64,000 nt of DNA from an uncultured Acidimicrobiia bacterium (GTDB lineage: Bacteria; Acidobacteriota; Terriglobia; Versatilivoradales; Versatilivoraceae), in contig CAWBAT010000003.1 of the NCBI GenBank assembly GCA_963786955.1, positions 128,001 through 192,000 on the forward strand. The letters run 5' to 3'. Below, one piece after another: positions 50,479-61,061 of the stretch. The notes under the pieces are model-generated. The model was not told the DNA's origin. It worked only from the letters and a program-made list of their open reading frames with translations, and did no database searches. Numbering within the stretch: the first letter of the stretch is position 1; every line of letters starts with the position of its first letter. The position numbers were made by a program, and so were the translations under genes.

Positions 50479-51909
50479 CTAGTGTGCATTACTGGGTGAA
50501 ACGCATGACTTTGACCCTCGCAGGAGCAAAACTCCGGTCGGTTCTGCAGAAAACCCTGTTCCATCGAAGATTTGCTTGCCGCGCAGATACGTGGCTCGTA
50601 CGATACCCTTCAGCCGGTACCCAACGTAAGGTGTCACGTTGTGTCTATGATGAATTCGAGACTGCGGGGCCGGTTTCTCCTCCGGAGCCTCGATTCTGCC
50701 GTTTGCCGTCACGCGGAATTCTGCCTCTGGATCGAAAACCACGAGATCGGCATCAAACCCTACTTCTATCGCTCCTTTGCGACTGCCAAGCCCGGCGAGC
50801 CGGGCAGGCGCTCCTGCCATCCACGTTGCTAGCCGGTGGAGCGGCAGTCCACGCTCGCTCGCCGCGGTCCACACTACAGAGAGACTAACCTGGAGCGACG
50901 AGATACCTCCCCAGGCCTCGAAGAAATTACCAGACTCAAGTCGCTTCAACGTCTCAGGGCAAGGCGAATGGTCCGAGGCAAGGACGTCGATGAGTTCTTC
51001 GTCGACAGCCTGCCATAGTTTTTCCCGGTTTTCACCATTCCGAATGGGCGGGGCACATTTGAACTGGGTAGCACCCGCGGCAACGTTCTCCGCGGAGAAA
51101 AAGAGATAATGGGGACAGGTCTCGACCGTGACCTGGAGCCCTTCTGCCTTGGCCTCCCGTAGCTGCTCGAGGACAGAGGCGGATGAAAGGTGAACAATGT
51201 GCACCGGGCAGCCTGTTTCACGACACAAGCGGATGAGGAGCGCTACGGCCTTGTCTTCCATCTCCGGCGGTCGCGATTGCAGATATACGGAGTACTGCCG
51301 TTCCATGCTGGGCTGGAGGTTTGGGACTTTGTTATTGGCCTGAGGGAGCTCTGCGTGTGCCAGGAGCACAGCCCCTAATGATGACAGCTCCGCCATGGCT
51401 GGCCTGAGTTCGACCTCTGTCACACAGGGGAACTCATCGACACCTGAAGGGATAAGGAAACACTTGAATCCCAACACTCCTTGCTCATGGAGGGGGCGCA
51501 GCTCCAAAATGTTTCCAGGAACCAGGCCACCCCAGAAACCGACGTCGATCCAGCACTGACCGCCCGCCGCGTCGATTTTCATTTGCAGTCCCTTGCCATC
51601 GGTGACGGGGGGGATGCTGTTCAAAGGCATGTCGACGATTGTGGTCACTCCGCCCGCTGCGGCCGCTCGGGTCGCGGTTTGGAACCCCTCCCACTCTGTG
51701 CGTCCTGGTTCGTTCACGTGGACATGGGTGTCGACAAGGCCCGGCAGGACAACTGAGTTCCCGACGTCGACGCAGGGCCCATCCGCCGGCGTCTCATGGT
51801 GAGCAGTCAATGCGGCGATAACGCCGTTTCTTACGTGAATGCATGCCGGTGCCACTCCCCCTCGGCATACCACGCGAGTGCTTCGAATCAGGAGATCAGG
51901 TGGAAGCAT
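50479..51909 (-). CDS. allB: Allantoinase
   Basis: DTHVHVNEPGRTEWEGF, DMPLNS, GFKCFL, VETCPHY, KCAPPIR, SDHSP, AWGGISSLQ. Confidence 0.93.
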   Translation of the reverse strand: MLPPDLLIRSTRVVCRGGVAPACIHVRNGVIAALTAHHETPADGPCVDVGNSVVLPGLVDTHVHVNEPGRTEWEGFQTATRAAAAGGVTTIVDMPLNSIPPVTDGKGLQMKIDAAGGQCWIDVGFWGGLVPGNILELRPLHEQGVLGFKCFLIPSGVDEFPCVTEVELRPAMAELSSLGAVLLAHAELPQANNKVPNLQPSMERQYSVYLQSRPPEMEDKAVALLIRLCRETGCPVHIVHLSSASVLEQLREAKAEGLQVTVETCPHYLFFSAENVAAGATQFKCAPPIRNGENREKLWQAVDEELIDVLASDHSPCPETLKRLESGNFFEAWGGISSLQVSLSVVWTAASERGLPLHRLATWMAGAPARLAGLGSRKGAIEVGFDADLVVFDPEAEFRVTANGRIEAPEEKPAPQSRIHHRHNVTPYVGYRLKGIVRATYLRGKQIFDGTGFSAEPTGVLLLRGSKSCVSPSNAH

Positions 51910-52774
51910 ATTTCGATCTCACCTTGCGCAGAAATGATTCCAAGAGGTTTCCCAGGACTTGCCGGCGATACCGGGCGGTCGAGCGGAGGTCGTCGATGCA
52001 AGAGACTTCGTTGAGTAGCAAGTCCTGCGCTCCCTTGAAGTCACCGATAGCTCCTGTGCCATCCTTCAAGAACGCTTCGGTTTTTAGACAACGAATAGCG
52101 GTCGGCGCGACGCTACCAACGGCGATGCGGATATCCCGAATGCCCTTGCCTTCAAACTCCGCAAGCCCAGCGAAGGTGACTTTGGATATTGCCCGCCCGT
52201 TGGAAGCAGCCACCTTGCGATAGAATGCGATACAGTCCCTCTTCAACCGCGGGAGGCGAATCCCTCGCAGGAGTTCTCCTGGGTTCAGCGCTACGCGACG
52301 GTATCCCTTGAAAAAAGCCCCGCAGGGAACCCAGCGGGCGCCTTGTGCCGATACGAGCTCCAGTTCCGCCTCATAGACCATGAGTGCTGGCGGAGAGTCC
52401 GCCGCGGGTGACGCATTCACTAGATTTCCGCCTAGAGTTCCGCGGTTCTGGATGGAAAGGCCACCAGTCAAGCTTCCTGCCACACACAAAACCGGGAACT
52501 CTTGCCGAAGCGTTGTGTCTGCCTCTATCTCCGTAAACGTGGTCGTCGCACCAAGATCAACTGCGTCTGCAGTCACGATGACCCCTCTCAGTTCGGATAG
52601 ATGATGGAGGCTCAGCAGTTTTCGGTGTGACAGCGCTCCAGCGTTGAAGAGAACCATCAAATCTGTGCCCCCTGCCATGGGTTTCCAGGCGTCTGGGTCG
52701 CTGGCGAGCAGGTTCAGTGTCTCTCCGAGGTCGCGAGGGGCCCTGAGCTCGTATCCGGGGACGTAGGCTCTCAT
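51896..52774 (-). CDS. Xanthine dehydrogenase-family FAD-binding subunit
   Basis: AGGTDLM, IQNRGTLGGN..NASPAAD, IDDLRST. Confidence 0.9.
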   Translation of the reverse strand: MRAYVPGYELRAPRDLGETLNLLASDPDAWKPMAGGTDLMVLFNAGALSHRKLLSLHHLSELRGVIVTADAVDLGATTTFTEIEADTTLRQEFPVLCVAGSLTGGLSIQNRGTLGGNLVNASPAADSPPALMVYEAELELVSAQGARWVPCGAFFKGYRRVALNPGELLRGIRLPRLKRDCIAFYRKVAASNGRAISKVTFAGLAEFEGKGIRDIRIAVGSVAPTAIRCLKTEAFLKDGTGAIGDFKGAQDLLLNEVSCIDDLRSTARYRRQVLGNLLESFLRKVRSKYAST

Positions 52775-53262
52775 CCATCGCCTCCCTCTTGCTGCAATAC
52801 GTTTACGATCGCCGCTAAGATCTTCGTGTATCCCGTACAGCGACAGAGCATTCCTGCAAGCTCGGAACGCACTAAATCCACGTTAGGTTTTGGCTCCCTG
52901 TGGAGTAGCGATACGGCGGCAAGTATCATTCCGGGTGTGCAGAACCCGCACTGCACAGCGCCATTAGCCCAAAATGCCTCCTGCACACGGTGAAGTGACA
53001 TGCTGCCAGCAAGGCCCTCAATTGTACAGATCTCTGCGCCTTGCACCTGAAGGATTGGGACGAGACAGCTATTTACAAGCTTCCCGTCAATGAGGACCGC
53101 ACAGGTCCCACACTCTCCCTCACCACAACCCTCCTTCGTGCCGGTAAGCCCCAATTCCTCGCGGAGGACGTCGAGTAACCGGGCCATGGGATAGGTGCGC
53201 ACGCTACGCGTCTGTTGGTTTACGCGAAGAATGACGTCGATTTTGGGGACGCGTTCAATCAC
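52771..53262 (-). CDS. Xanthine dehydrogenase-family 2Fe-2S subunit
   Basis: GTKEGCGEGECGTC, QCGFCTPG, LCRCTGY; GTG at 53262 overlaps the Mo-subunit stop. Confidence 0.9.
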   Translation of the reverse strand: MIERVPKIDVILRVNQQTRSVRTYPMARLLDVLREELGLTGTKEGCGEGECGTCAVLIDGKLVNSCLVPILQVQGAEICTIEGLAGSMSLHRVQEAFWANGAVQCGFCTPGMILAAVSLLHREPKPNVDLVRSELAGMLCRCTGYTKILAAIVNVLQQEGGDG

Positions 53263-55489
53263 GGGCGGCCTCGGTTTCAATCGCTTCAAGGAGAGATTCA
53301 GGCGTAACCGGTACGTGAAAAAGGTGAATTCCGGTGGCATTTTCAATGGCGTTGACAATCGCTGGAGCTGGACCGTCGATCGGCAGTTCTCCGATACCCT
53401 TTGCCCCTGAAGGTCCACGCCCGGAAAGTTTTTCTTCGAAATGAATCTTGATGGTCGGAATATCCACGGCCGTAGGGATAAAGTAATCAGACAGCCTCGG
53501 ATTGGCCATCTGCCCGTCACGCCAGACCACGTTCTCAGAAAGGGCGAATCCGATCCCCTGTGCAACGCCCCCCTCGATCTGTCCTTCAGCGAGTACCGGA
53601 TGGATGACTTTCCCGACTTCTTGCACCGCGACGTAGTTGTCAACCTTCGTCTCGTAAGTATCAAGGTCCACTGTGACCTCCGCCACATGGACGGCCCAGG
53701 CGTAGGCCTCGTACGCGTCGCCATGGCAGCACTCGTCATCCCAAGAGAACTCTGCGGGAGGCGCGTACTGGCTTTCCGATCTCAGGGACCCGCGCCTCAT
53801 GATGTATTGCTGGCAGGCCGAGAGAAATTCGTCTGGACCGGAGTCGTCGTGCAGTAACCCATCCTTGAGGAGGATCTCCTTCATCTTTTGGGCTGCATTC
53901 TCGACAAGTCTACCAACAATCATGCAGGTGCGAGAGGCAACGGTAGGACCGCTGTTTGGAACCTTGGCCGTGTCCGGCTGCGAAATATCCACCTTTTGGT
54001 AATCAATCCCTAGGGCGTCGGCGGCGATCTGGCAGAGGATCGTGTTGGTTCCCTGGCCAAACTCAGTGCTGGCCACCCGGATGCTAATCCGCCCTTCACG
54101 GGTCGCCTCGAGCTCGACGACTGATCTTAAGAGATCCTCGCCCTTTCCGGTGAACCCCGCGCCGTGCATATAGACGGAAAGGCCGATCCCCTTCTTTGCA
54201 CGACTGGAGCGGTTATACGCCGCAAAGCGCTCGCGCTTGGCCTGGTAATCCGAAAGCTCGATTGCGCGGTCGAGCAGTTGATCGAGGTCAACATCGCCGC
54301 TGACGCGCTGACCAATGGCGAGTGACTGTCCAGAGTGAATGAAGTTACGACGCCGAAATTCGTCCGGCGGAAGGCCGAGCGCGTGGGCGACCCGGTCAAA
54401 ATGTCGTTCCAGGGCGAAGATGCTCTGCGGGGCTCCAAAGCCGCGAAAAGCTCCATTCGGCGGGGTGTTCGTCGCTACCGCTCGGCTGCGAATGCGAATG
54501 TTTGGACAATGATAGACTCCCGCAGCATGGATCGTGCCGCGCGCGAGGACGACAGGAGAGAGGGTTGCGTAGGCGCCACCGTCGATGACAAAATCAATTT
54601 CCATCCCGAGTAGAGAGCCGTCCTTGCCGAGGGCAGTGCGATGCTTCGTGCAAGAGGGGTGCCTCTTTGTCGTGGCCAGCATGTCTTCGGTTCGATCGTA
54701 AACAAGCTTGACCGGTCGCCCCGATTTCCATGCGAGGAGCGCAGCATGCCCCGCAATCATTGACGGATACTCTTCTTTGCCGCCGAATCCGCCGCCGGTC
54801 TCCGTCTGAATGACGCGAATTTTTTCGTCCGGGAAACCGAAGAGTCTTTTGACTGCCTTATGGACGTAGTAAGGGCACTGCAAGGAACCCCAAACGGTAA
54901 CTCCCTCGATCGAGTCGAAAACTGCGACCATCCCATTGGTCTCTAAATAAAGCTGTTCCTGTGCTCCCGTCCGGTACTCACCTTCAACGACGACCTCGGC
55001 TTGGTTCCAGATTGCGTCGATATTTCCCTTGTTGACGGTATAGGTCTTCAAGACGTTGTCTTTGCCCCACACGATCGGATCCTGTTTCAGAGATTCCTCA
55101 ATGGACAAGACTGGAGTCAATGGCTCGATCTCAAACCGCACCCGCCGGCGAGCGTCCTCAAGTAAATACTTGTCTTTGTGGGCGAGGAGGACAACAGGCT
55201 CCCCTGCGTGGTTGACGAACCTGTCCGCCAGGTATGGCTGGTCATCGAGAATTAATGAGACGAGGTTTTCTCCAGGGATGTCTCTGGCTGTCACGATCGT
55301 AAATTCTTCCCAGGGGACATCCGGATCGAAGTGTACTTTAACAATCTTCCCCCGGGCGCACGAACTGCGGACAGTTGCTCCGTGGATGAGGTCTGGCAGA
55401 ACGAGGTCATCAACAAACCGAGATTCACCTATGACCTTTCCATGTCCTTCCTTGCGCGGGACAGGAGAACCGATAGTCTTGTCATTCAT
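53255..55489 (-). CDS. Xanthine dehydrogenase-family molybdopterin-binding subunit
   Basis: GGGFGGKE, AFRGFGAPQ, TEFGQG, PTVASR, GQIEGG, AKGIGE. Confidence 0.93.
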   Translation of the reverse strand: MNDKTIGSPVPRKEGHGKVIGESRFVDDLVLPDLIHGATVRSSCARGKIVKVHFDPDVPWEEFTIVTARDIPGENLVSLILDDQPYLADRFVNHAGEPVVLLAHKDKYLLEDARRRVRFEIEPLTPVLSIEESLKQDPIVWGKDNVLKTYTVNKGNIDAIWNQAEVVVEGEYRTGAQEQLYLETNGMVAVFDSIEGVTVWGSLQCPYYVHKAVKRLFGFPDEKIRVIQTETGGGFGGKEEYPSMIAGHAALLAWKSGRPVKLVYDRTEDMLATTKRHPSCTKHRTALGKDGSLLGMEIDFVIDGGAYATLSPVVLARGTIHAAGVYHCPNIRIRSRAVATNTPPNGAFRGFGAPQSIFALERHFDRVAHALGLPPDEFRRRNFIHSGQSLAIGQRVSGDVDLDQLLDRAIELSDYQAKRERFAAYNRSSRAKKGIGLSVYMHGAGFTGKGEDLLRSVVELEATREGRISIRVASTEFGQGTNTILCQIAADALGIDYQKVDISQPDTAKVPNSGPTVASRTCMIVGRLVENAAQKMKEILLKDGLLHDDSGPDEFLSACQQYIMRRGSLRSESQYAPPAEFSWDDECCHGDAYEAYAWAVHVAEVTVDLDTYETKVDNYVAVQEVGKVIHPVLAEGQIEGGVAQGIGFALSENVVWRDGQMANPRLSDYFIPTAVDIPTIKIHFEEKLSGRGPSGAKGIGELPIDGPAPAIVNAIENATGIHLFHVPVTPESLLEAIETEAARD

Positions 55490-55930
55490 ATTGAGTAACT
55501 GAGGATTTCAGGATGATGTGAAGATCCTTCTGAGACCGTGAGCTCATGCCGTGTCTAAACCTACAACTCGACTACTTCCTCGTCAACGGATATTGTCAAT
55601 AAAAGAATACTGTCACCTTGTGAGCTTCTTGTGAAGCTGCATCGCCTGCCATGTGCTAAACAACGAAGAAGCAGTGGAAGGTGCTGCCGAGGTTTCCTGC
55701 AAAAACGCGGACGCTGAATTAGCTTAAGCTATCAACGCCGGAGATGGGCATTACGTTTTTTTTGTTGGGCTGAAGAATTAGGGTCGGAGTGTGCAATCAG
55801 GTATCGGGCCCCTGACAACCCGGCACAACGCCCTGTTCTCTGCGGTCCTCATTCGTGTGACAGCCGGAGGGCAAATCGTTTCGTTCCATAACACTTTGGC
55901 TTTTCCACCGGATGGACACTAGCTGCAGTT

Positions 55931-55952
55931 GTAGCGGCGCTCTCAGGCGCCG
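55931..55952 (+). repeat. GTAG-hairpin REP-like unit
   Basis: GTAG-cggcgc-tctcag-gcgccg; nearby ccccctt-c-aaggggg hairpin at about 55983-55997. Confidence 0.45.
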
Positions 55953-56159
55953 AGCAAGGCACAAAAGGGACATCCCCCTACACCCCCTTCAAGGGGGAAT
56001 CATTTCATTCTGCTGTCTAAGTGGCAGTGTAAGTGGTTTGATATAAGCCGCAGCATCTTCCTATCTCAAGGAAACCCATGATCCTGATATAATGAGCAGC
56101 GCAGTGTTCCCGTAAGTGAACCGTTTGGCCAACCTCATTAGTGGAGAGGAAGAAAAGGC

Positions 56160-56858
56160 ATGTGTAGAACATTTTCCTTCATCGGGTCATTGGTCTTTAT
56201 TGCGATTTCCCTCTTCGGAGATTCAGGGAAGTCAGAGGCTCTGACGATCAACGAACAGCTCATTAGCGCCGCCGAACAAGGAGACACTTCCATGGTCTTG
56301 AAACTTCTTTCGAATGGAGCAGACATCAATGGACGGGACGCGCGCGGTCGCACCCCCGTTATGGCTGCCACGCATGGCAACCGCGTCACAACCGTCAAAG
56401 CCCTCATTCAGGCAGGAGCAGATATCAATTTGCGCGACAACATGCTGGACAATCCCTTTTTGTATTCGGGGGCCGAAGGGCTGCTGGATATCTTGAAGCT
56501 TACCATCGCGGCTGGAGCCGATCCAAAGTTGACAAATCGGTTTGGGGGGACTGCCCTCATCCCGGCGGCCCAACGTGGACACGTGGAGGTTGTGCGAGAG
56601 ATTTTGGTGCACACCCAGGTGGACATCAACCATATTAACCGGCCAGGATGGACGGCGTTACTCGAGGCGATTGTGTTGACGGATGGAGGCGTCAAGCATC
56701 AGCAGATCGTGCAATTGTTAGTGGATCACGGGGCAGACGTGACGATTCCGGATAAGGAGGGCGTCACGCCGCTCCAGCATGCACAGAAGAAGAATTTTAC
56801 CGCCATCGTAGATATTTTAACTAAGGCCGGCGCCAAGAGTACAGTCTCGCCCCAGTAG
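56160..56858 (+). CDS. Ankyrin repeat protein with N-terminal signal
   Basis: Repeats GRTPVMAA, GGTALIPAA, GWTALLEA, GVTPLQHA, GADIN. Confidence 0.92.
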   Translation: MCRTFSFIGSLVFIAISLFGDSGKSEALTINEQLISAAEQGDTSMVLKLLSNGADINGRDARGRTPVMAATHGNRVTTVKALIQAGADINLRDNMLDNPFLYSGAEGLLDILKLTIAAGADPKLTNRFGGTALIPAAQRGHVEVVREILVHTQVDINHINRPGWTALLEAIVLTDGGVKHQQIVQLLVDHGADVTIPDKEGVTPLQHAQKKNFTAIVDILTKAGAKSTVSPQ

Positions 56859-56929
56859 TCATTAGCGCGCTGGCTCTTAACGAATTTCTCACAATACAAT
56901 CTGCCCGATGGAGTCACAAACCTACCCCC

Positions 56930-57694
56930 ATGCATTACCAGTTTGCCACGGAACAGCAGAATTATTCGGACCTCGCCAGCGGCCGAGTGTTTTACAGTCG
57001 GCCCGGGCATCCTGCTTTCCCAATCCGGCTTGCAAGTGAAATATTTCAGCGCTGCATGGCCATCCGAACCGCGGAGCGTTTGTCAACTCCGTGCGTTCTT
57101 TTCGACCCCTGCTGTGGCGGTGCGTATCACCTGAGTGTGCTGACCTACCTGCACCGGGACTGCATCCGGGAGGTCATTGGCTCTGACGTTGATAAAGAAG
57201 CGGTCGCGTTAGCCCAGCGAAACCTTGAACTACTGAGCGTCAGCGGCCTAGATCAGCGAATCCAAGAGATCACCGAGATGATCAGTCGATTTGGAAAAAC
57301 TTCTCATGAGGAAGCCCTGAAAAGCGCAGCTGTTTTGCGACAGACCGTCTCTTCTTGGGAAGAAAGATTACCTCTTAAGATCAGCACTTTTCTGGCCAAC
57401 GCCGGAGACGGCATTACACTGTGTGATAACCTTAAAGGGGTGAAAGTGGATATCGTTCTCACGGATGTTCCTTATGGTCAATGTTCCAGTTGGAGCAGTT
57501 CCAATTCCGAGGTCTCACCTTCCGAACCCCTGTGGTCGATGCTCACCGCATTGTTGGGGATACTATCGCCAACTGGCATCGTGGCCATAGTTTCCGATAA
57601 AAGTCAGAAGATCAAGCATCAGAATTACGAAAGGCTGGAACAGTTCCAGGTTGGTAAGCGGCGAGTCGGCATCCTGCGGCCGGTAGTTTCGTAG
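56930..57694 (+). CDS. AviRa-like 23S rRNA methyltransferase
   Basis: DLASGRVFYSRPGHPAFPIRLASEIFQR, DPCCG, SDVD..LAQRNL, TDVPYG closely parallel my recollection of Streptomyces AviRa. Confidence 0.82.
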   Translation: MHYQFATEQQNYSDLASGRVFYSRPGHPAFPIRLASEIFQRCMAIRTAERLSTPCVLFDPCCGGAYHLSVLTYLHRDCIREVIGSDVDKEAVALAQRNLELLSVSGLDQRIQEITEMISRFGKTSHEEALKSAAVLRQTVSSWEERLPLKISTFLANAGDGITLCDNLKGVKVDIVLTDVPYGQCSSWSSSNSEVSPSEPLWSMLTALLGILSPTGIVAIVSDKSQKIKHQNYERLEQFQVGKRRVGILRPVVS

Positions 57695-57720
57695 ATGGAC
57701 GAACGTCTGCTGAATCCTTA

Positions 57721-60525
57721 ATGGAGTCAATGTTCATGATTCAAAACAAATCCGCATCCCAGCAGCAGACCGACAAACGCTCATTATCTTCCCCTCTCTT
57801 TACCGAAGCAGCTTGCTGGATTTGGGATCAAAGTGACCGTTGGAGTTATCACCATTACGTGCAAGCCCGGCGCCGCTTTACTCTTGACGCGCTTGCCTGG
57901 CAGGAGATTATTTCCGGTCAAGGCGCCAAATTAAGAATTACGGCCGACGCCTATTATCAAGCCTGGTTGAATGACAGGATTGTCGGCCACGGCCCTGCCA
58001 AATCGGCTGAAGGCAGGCGTTCCGTGGACACTTACGACATTACCGAACACTTGAAGAACGGAAGCAACGAAATATTAATCTTGGCGCTTGGTATGGGAGT
58101 TGGCACGGAAGCCTATTGTCCAGGGGAGGCGGGCTTGATCTTCGAGCTGGACCTGGTCTCGCAAAAGATTGCGAGCGACGGCAAGACAGAAGTCAGTTCC
58201 GATCCGGCTCGTCGCAAACGGACCGTGAGACGTTGGATCATGCCCTGCATAGAGGATTATGATGCCACGGCCAAAGAAGAAGGCTGGGTGCCTGCCACGG
58301 TAGTCGAGAAGAAGATTACACTATATCCCCGCCGCGTCCCCCTGCCTACACGCGAAGAGCTTACGCCGAAACGTTTTATCCTGGCAGAAAAGGTGCGATT
58401 GCCAAATGTTGCAGTCACCATGCGTCTTCGTCCTTACCTCACGGACGGAGAGCAGAAGCATCGCTGCAATGAGTTTAGTACGTCGGCCTACCTGGTTACC
58501 GACATCCATTCTCCGATCGATCAATCCTTAACCTTTACACCAGCTTTGGGTCAGGTCAGCTGGTACTTTCACGGGCGCAAGTTGTTCGAGGGAAGAGGCT
58601 GGAGATGCTGGGTACAAACCAAACCTCCCGTTTGTATCGATTTGAAGAAAGGAGCCAACCGTCTCATCGGCCTGCATAATCACCGCAATCATTTTGAAGA
58701 TATCAATCTGGCCGGCTATGCCGAGCAACCGGTAGAGTTTGTCAACCCCTTTGGCAAAGGCGGATTTCAGGTTGTGCGAATGGGTCGCCCGGAAGATTTG
58801 GTGGAAGGTCCGGAAATGGAGAGGATCGATTGGGATGGTCTTCGCCCTCATATGGCAGACATGGATCCTCTCGACACGATGCCATTTGGAAACAGTTATG
58901 ACCTGGTCTATGGCGCAGAGCGACTGGAACCGAATGACCTGTCATTGCAACAATTCATGGAAACGGCAGCTTCTGACCCGATACAAATTCCTTCTGCGTC
59001 GACAAATGAAGCCGCACGTCTCATTGTCGATCTCGGCGTTCTCCACAATGGCTGGCTGGCTTTCGATGTTGAAGGGCATGAGAAGAGCAGGCTGATTATT
59101 GCCATGTTTGAGGGTCTTGACCCTGGGCCTCCTATGCGCATCCAGTGGCCCAATGCCGGTCACAACGCTGTCACCTACCGCCTGCATAACGGGTATCAAT
59201 CCTACGAGAGTTTTTTCCCTTATGGAGTTCGTTACATTGCCATTCATCACACTGGACCGGAACCGGCCATTTTAAAGAACCTTCGGGTCTACACGGCCAA
59301 CTGTGGCTCCATCATGCGAGGCTCCTTGCTATGCGATGAAGAGCTCGTCAATTCGATTTATCGGATTTGTGCCCAATCAGTCATTTCCGGGGTGGATGAT
59401 ACCTTTACTGACTGCCCAACCTGGGAGCAGGTGAATTGGAATTGTGACAACGCCCTCGCGGCACAAGCTGATGCAGTGACCTGCTTTAACCAGGCAGTGG
59501 TCCGGAACACCATCGAATTATTCGCTGAAGACACTCGTTACCGGGGCCTGGTGCGTAGCCAGTATCCCAGCGCCTGGGAATCTCAGATCCCGTTATGGTC
59601 GTTCCATTGGCTGATGTTTTGTCGTGATTTCTATTGGCGTACGAGGGATACCCAATTTCTGCAACGGATCATGCCGCGGGTGACGGCAGGCATCGAAGAG
59701 GGATTGTCAAAAATTGGATCCCGAGGTCTGCTGGAATGGGCCAACGTTTGGCACTTTATCGAGTGGAGCAACGGGCGTGACGATAAACATGCCATCATGA
59801 CTGCTGAACAGGGCGGTTTTGCCGGAGCGCTGGCTTCGGCCAGTGAGTTAGCAGAGCAAGCGGGCAGGCCCTTTTCGCAACAGGCAGACCGGTGGCGAAG
59901 TGCTCGAGAAAACTTGATCCGAGCGATCAATGCCAGTCTGTGGGATCCCACCCGAAAAGCTTACGCGGATAGCCTCCATGAGGACGGTTCATTGTCCCCG
60001 GTCTCCAGTCAAGCCACCAATGCTGCGCTGATCATCTATGGGGCGGTGCCGGAAGAACGCGGCAGAATCTTAGCCGCGCGTATCCTTGCCAAGGACAAAC
60101 AGCTTCTCCACTACGGGAGTCCATATGGTTTGTATTATATTCTGGAAATGCTCGATCGGTTTGGAGACGTCGAAAACATCTTTAGGTTGGTGCGCGAGCG
60201 TTGGGGCGCAATGGTCTTGGCGGGGGATACTTGTACTTGGGAGACCTTCGCGGAATTTGGATATGACGATTGGCCGACTCGCAGCCGTTGCCATCCCTTC
60301 GCCGCTTACGTAGCCAAATATATGGCCAAGTATATGTTGGGAATCATCATGTTAGAACCAGGTTATCAGAGATTTCGGGTGGACCCAAAGCCACCTAAGG
60401 GAATTGCATTTTGCCACGGCGCCGTGCCAACGGCGAAGGGGCTCATCCGCGTGGGTTGGGAAAATCGCGGAGGAGTCGTCGATCTTATGGTGGAACACCC
60501 GGCAGAGTTGCAGAGAGTTCTATAA
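57721..60525 (+). CDS. Glycoside hydrolase family 78 (alpha-L-rhamnosidase-like)
   Basis: ITADAYY, DCPTWEQ, FIEWS, WETF..SRCHP, C-terminal GAVPTAKGLIRVGW; no signal peptide. Confidence 0.82.
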   Translation: MESMFMIQNKSASQQQTDKRSLSSPLFTEAACWIWDQSDRWSYHHYVQARRRFTLDALAWQEIISGQGAKLRITADAYYQAWLNDRIVGHGPAKSAEGRRSVDTYDITEHLKNGSNEILILALGMGVGTEAYCPGEAGLIFELDLVSQKIASDGKTEVSSDPARRKRTVRRWIMPCIEDYDATAKEEGWVPATVVEKKITLYPRRVPLPTREELTPKRFILAEKVRLPNVAVTMRLRPYLTDGEQKHRCNEFSTSAYLVTDIHSPIDQSLTFTPALGQVSWYFHGRKLFEGRGWRCWVQTKPPVCIDLKKGANRLIGLHNHRNHFEDINLAGYAEQPVEFVNPFGKGGFQVVRMGRPEDLVEGPEMERIDWDGLRPHMADMDPLDTMPFGNSYDLVYGAERLEPNDLSLQQFMETAASDPIQIPSASTNEAARLIVDLGVLHNGWLAFDVEGHEKSRLIIAMFEGLDPGPPMRIQWPNAGHNAVTYRLHNGYQSYESFFPYGVRYIAIHHTGPEPAILKNLRVYTANCGSIMRGSLLCDEELVNSIYRICAQSVISGVDDTFTDCPTWEQVNWNCDNALAAQADAVTCFNQAVVRNTIELFAEDTRYRGLVRSQYPSAWESQIPLWSFHWLMFCRDFYWRTRDTQFLQRIMPRVTAGIEEGLSKIGSRGLLEWANVWHFIEWSNGRDDKHAIMTAEQGGFAGALASASELAEQAGRPFSQQADRWRSARENLIRAINASLWDPTRKAYADSLHEDGSLSPVSSQATNAALIIYGAVPEERGRILAARILAKDKQLLHYGSPYGLYYILEMLDRFGDVENIFRLVRERWGAMVLAGDTCTWETFAEFGYDDWPTRSRCHPFAAYVAKYMAKYMLGIIMLEPGYQRFRVDPKPPKGIAFCHGAVPTAKGLIRVGWENRGGVVDLMVEHPAELQRVL

Positions 60526-61061
60526 CGGATTGTTCCAAGCGATGAAACCCAGTATTCAGTGACACCGCTTTGCGATAGTTATTTCAAGTCGGCGGTTAGG
60601 TGGGTTCCGACCAAAGCTCATGACCAAAGTCAGCTCCTGCTTACTCAGCAAAGAGTGAAGAAGGTTTTTTCGGTCTGCTTTTCCAATGACAAGCCGGGAT
60701 TGACGCGGATCCTTGTATCAATCAAAAAGACCAGGGTCAAAGGCGGGCTATCGAAAAATGTGGCCTGCCATCGTACAACTGTTCGCTAGAGAACGAGAAC
60801 AAGTCGGTCATTCCAGCGGGTTGTCTCCCTGCCTTTTCAGGCAATGCCTGTTACTCTCCCACCCAGTCATTCCTTTCAAATATAATATCCCGATAAGAGT
60901 GTCCGATCAGTATTACTGGGCAGTCCGCTGCAAGATCCATTGAATCCTAGATGGCCTTTCGGTACGAAAGAACAACTCTTGGTTCAGATTACGGCTATTG
61001 GTGCACTGAGATAGTTTATTAAGACATACCCACTTTATTTTTTTTAGAGAAAGCTGCGCGA

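Noticed and set aside
53263-53739. Long N-terminal extension of the 2Fe-2S subunit ORF
   Set aside because: Overlaps the Mo-subunit gene in another frame; GTG 53262 gives a normal-sized, translationally coupled protein.
60526-61061. Short ORFs between GH78 and the flavoprotein
   Set aside because: No recognisable motifs or RBS; cannot be supported as genes.
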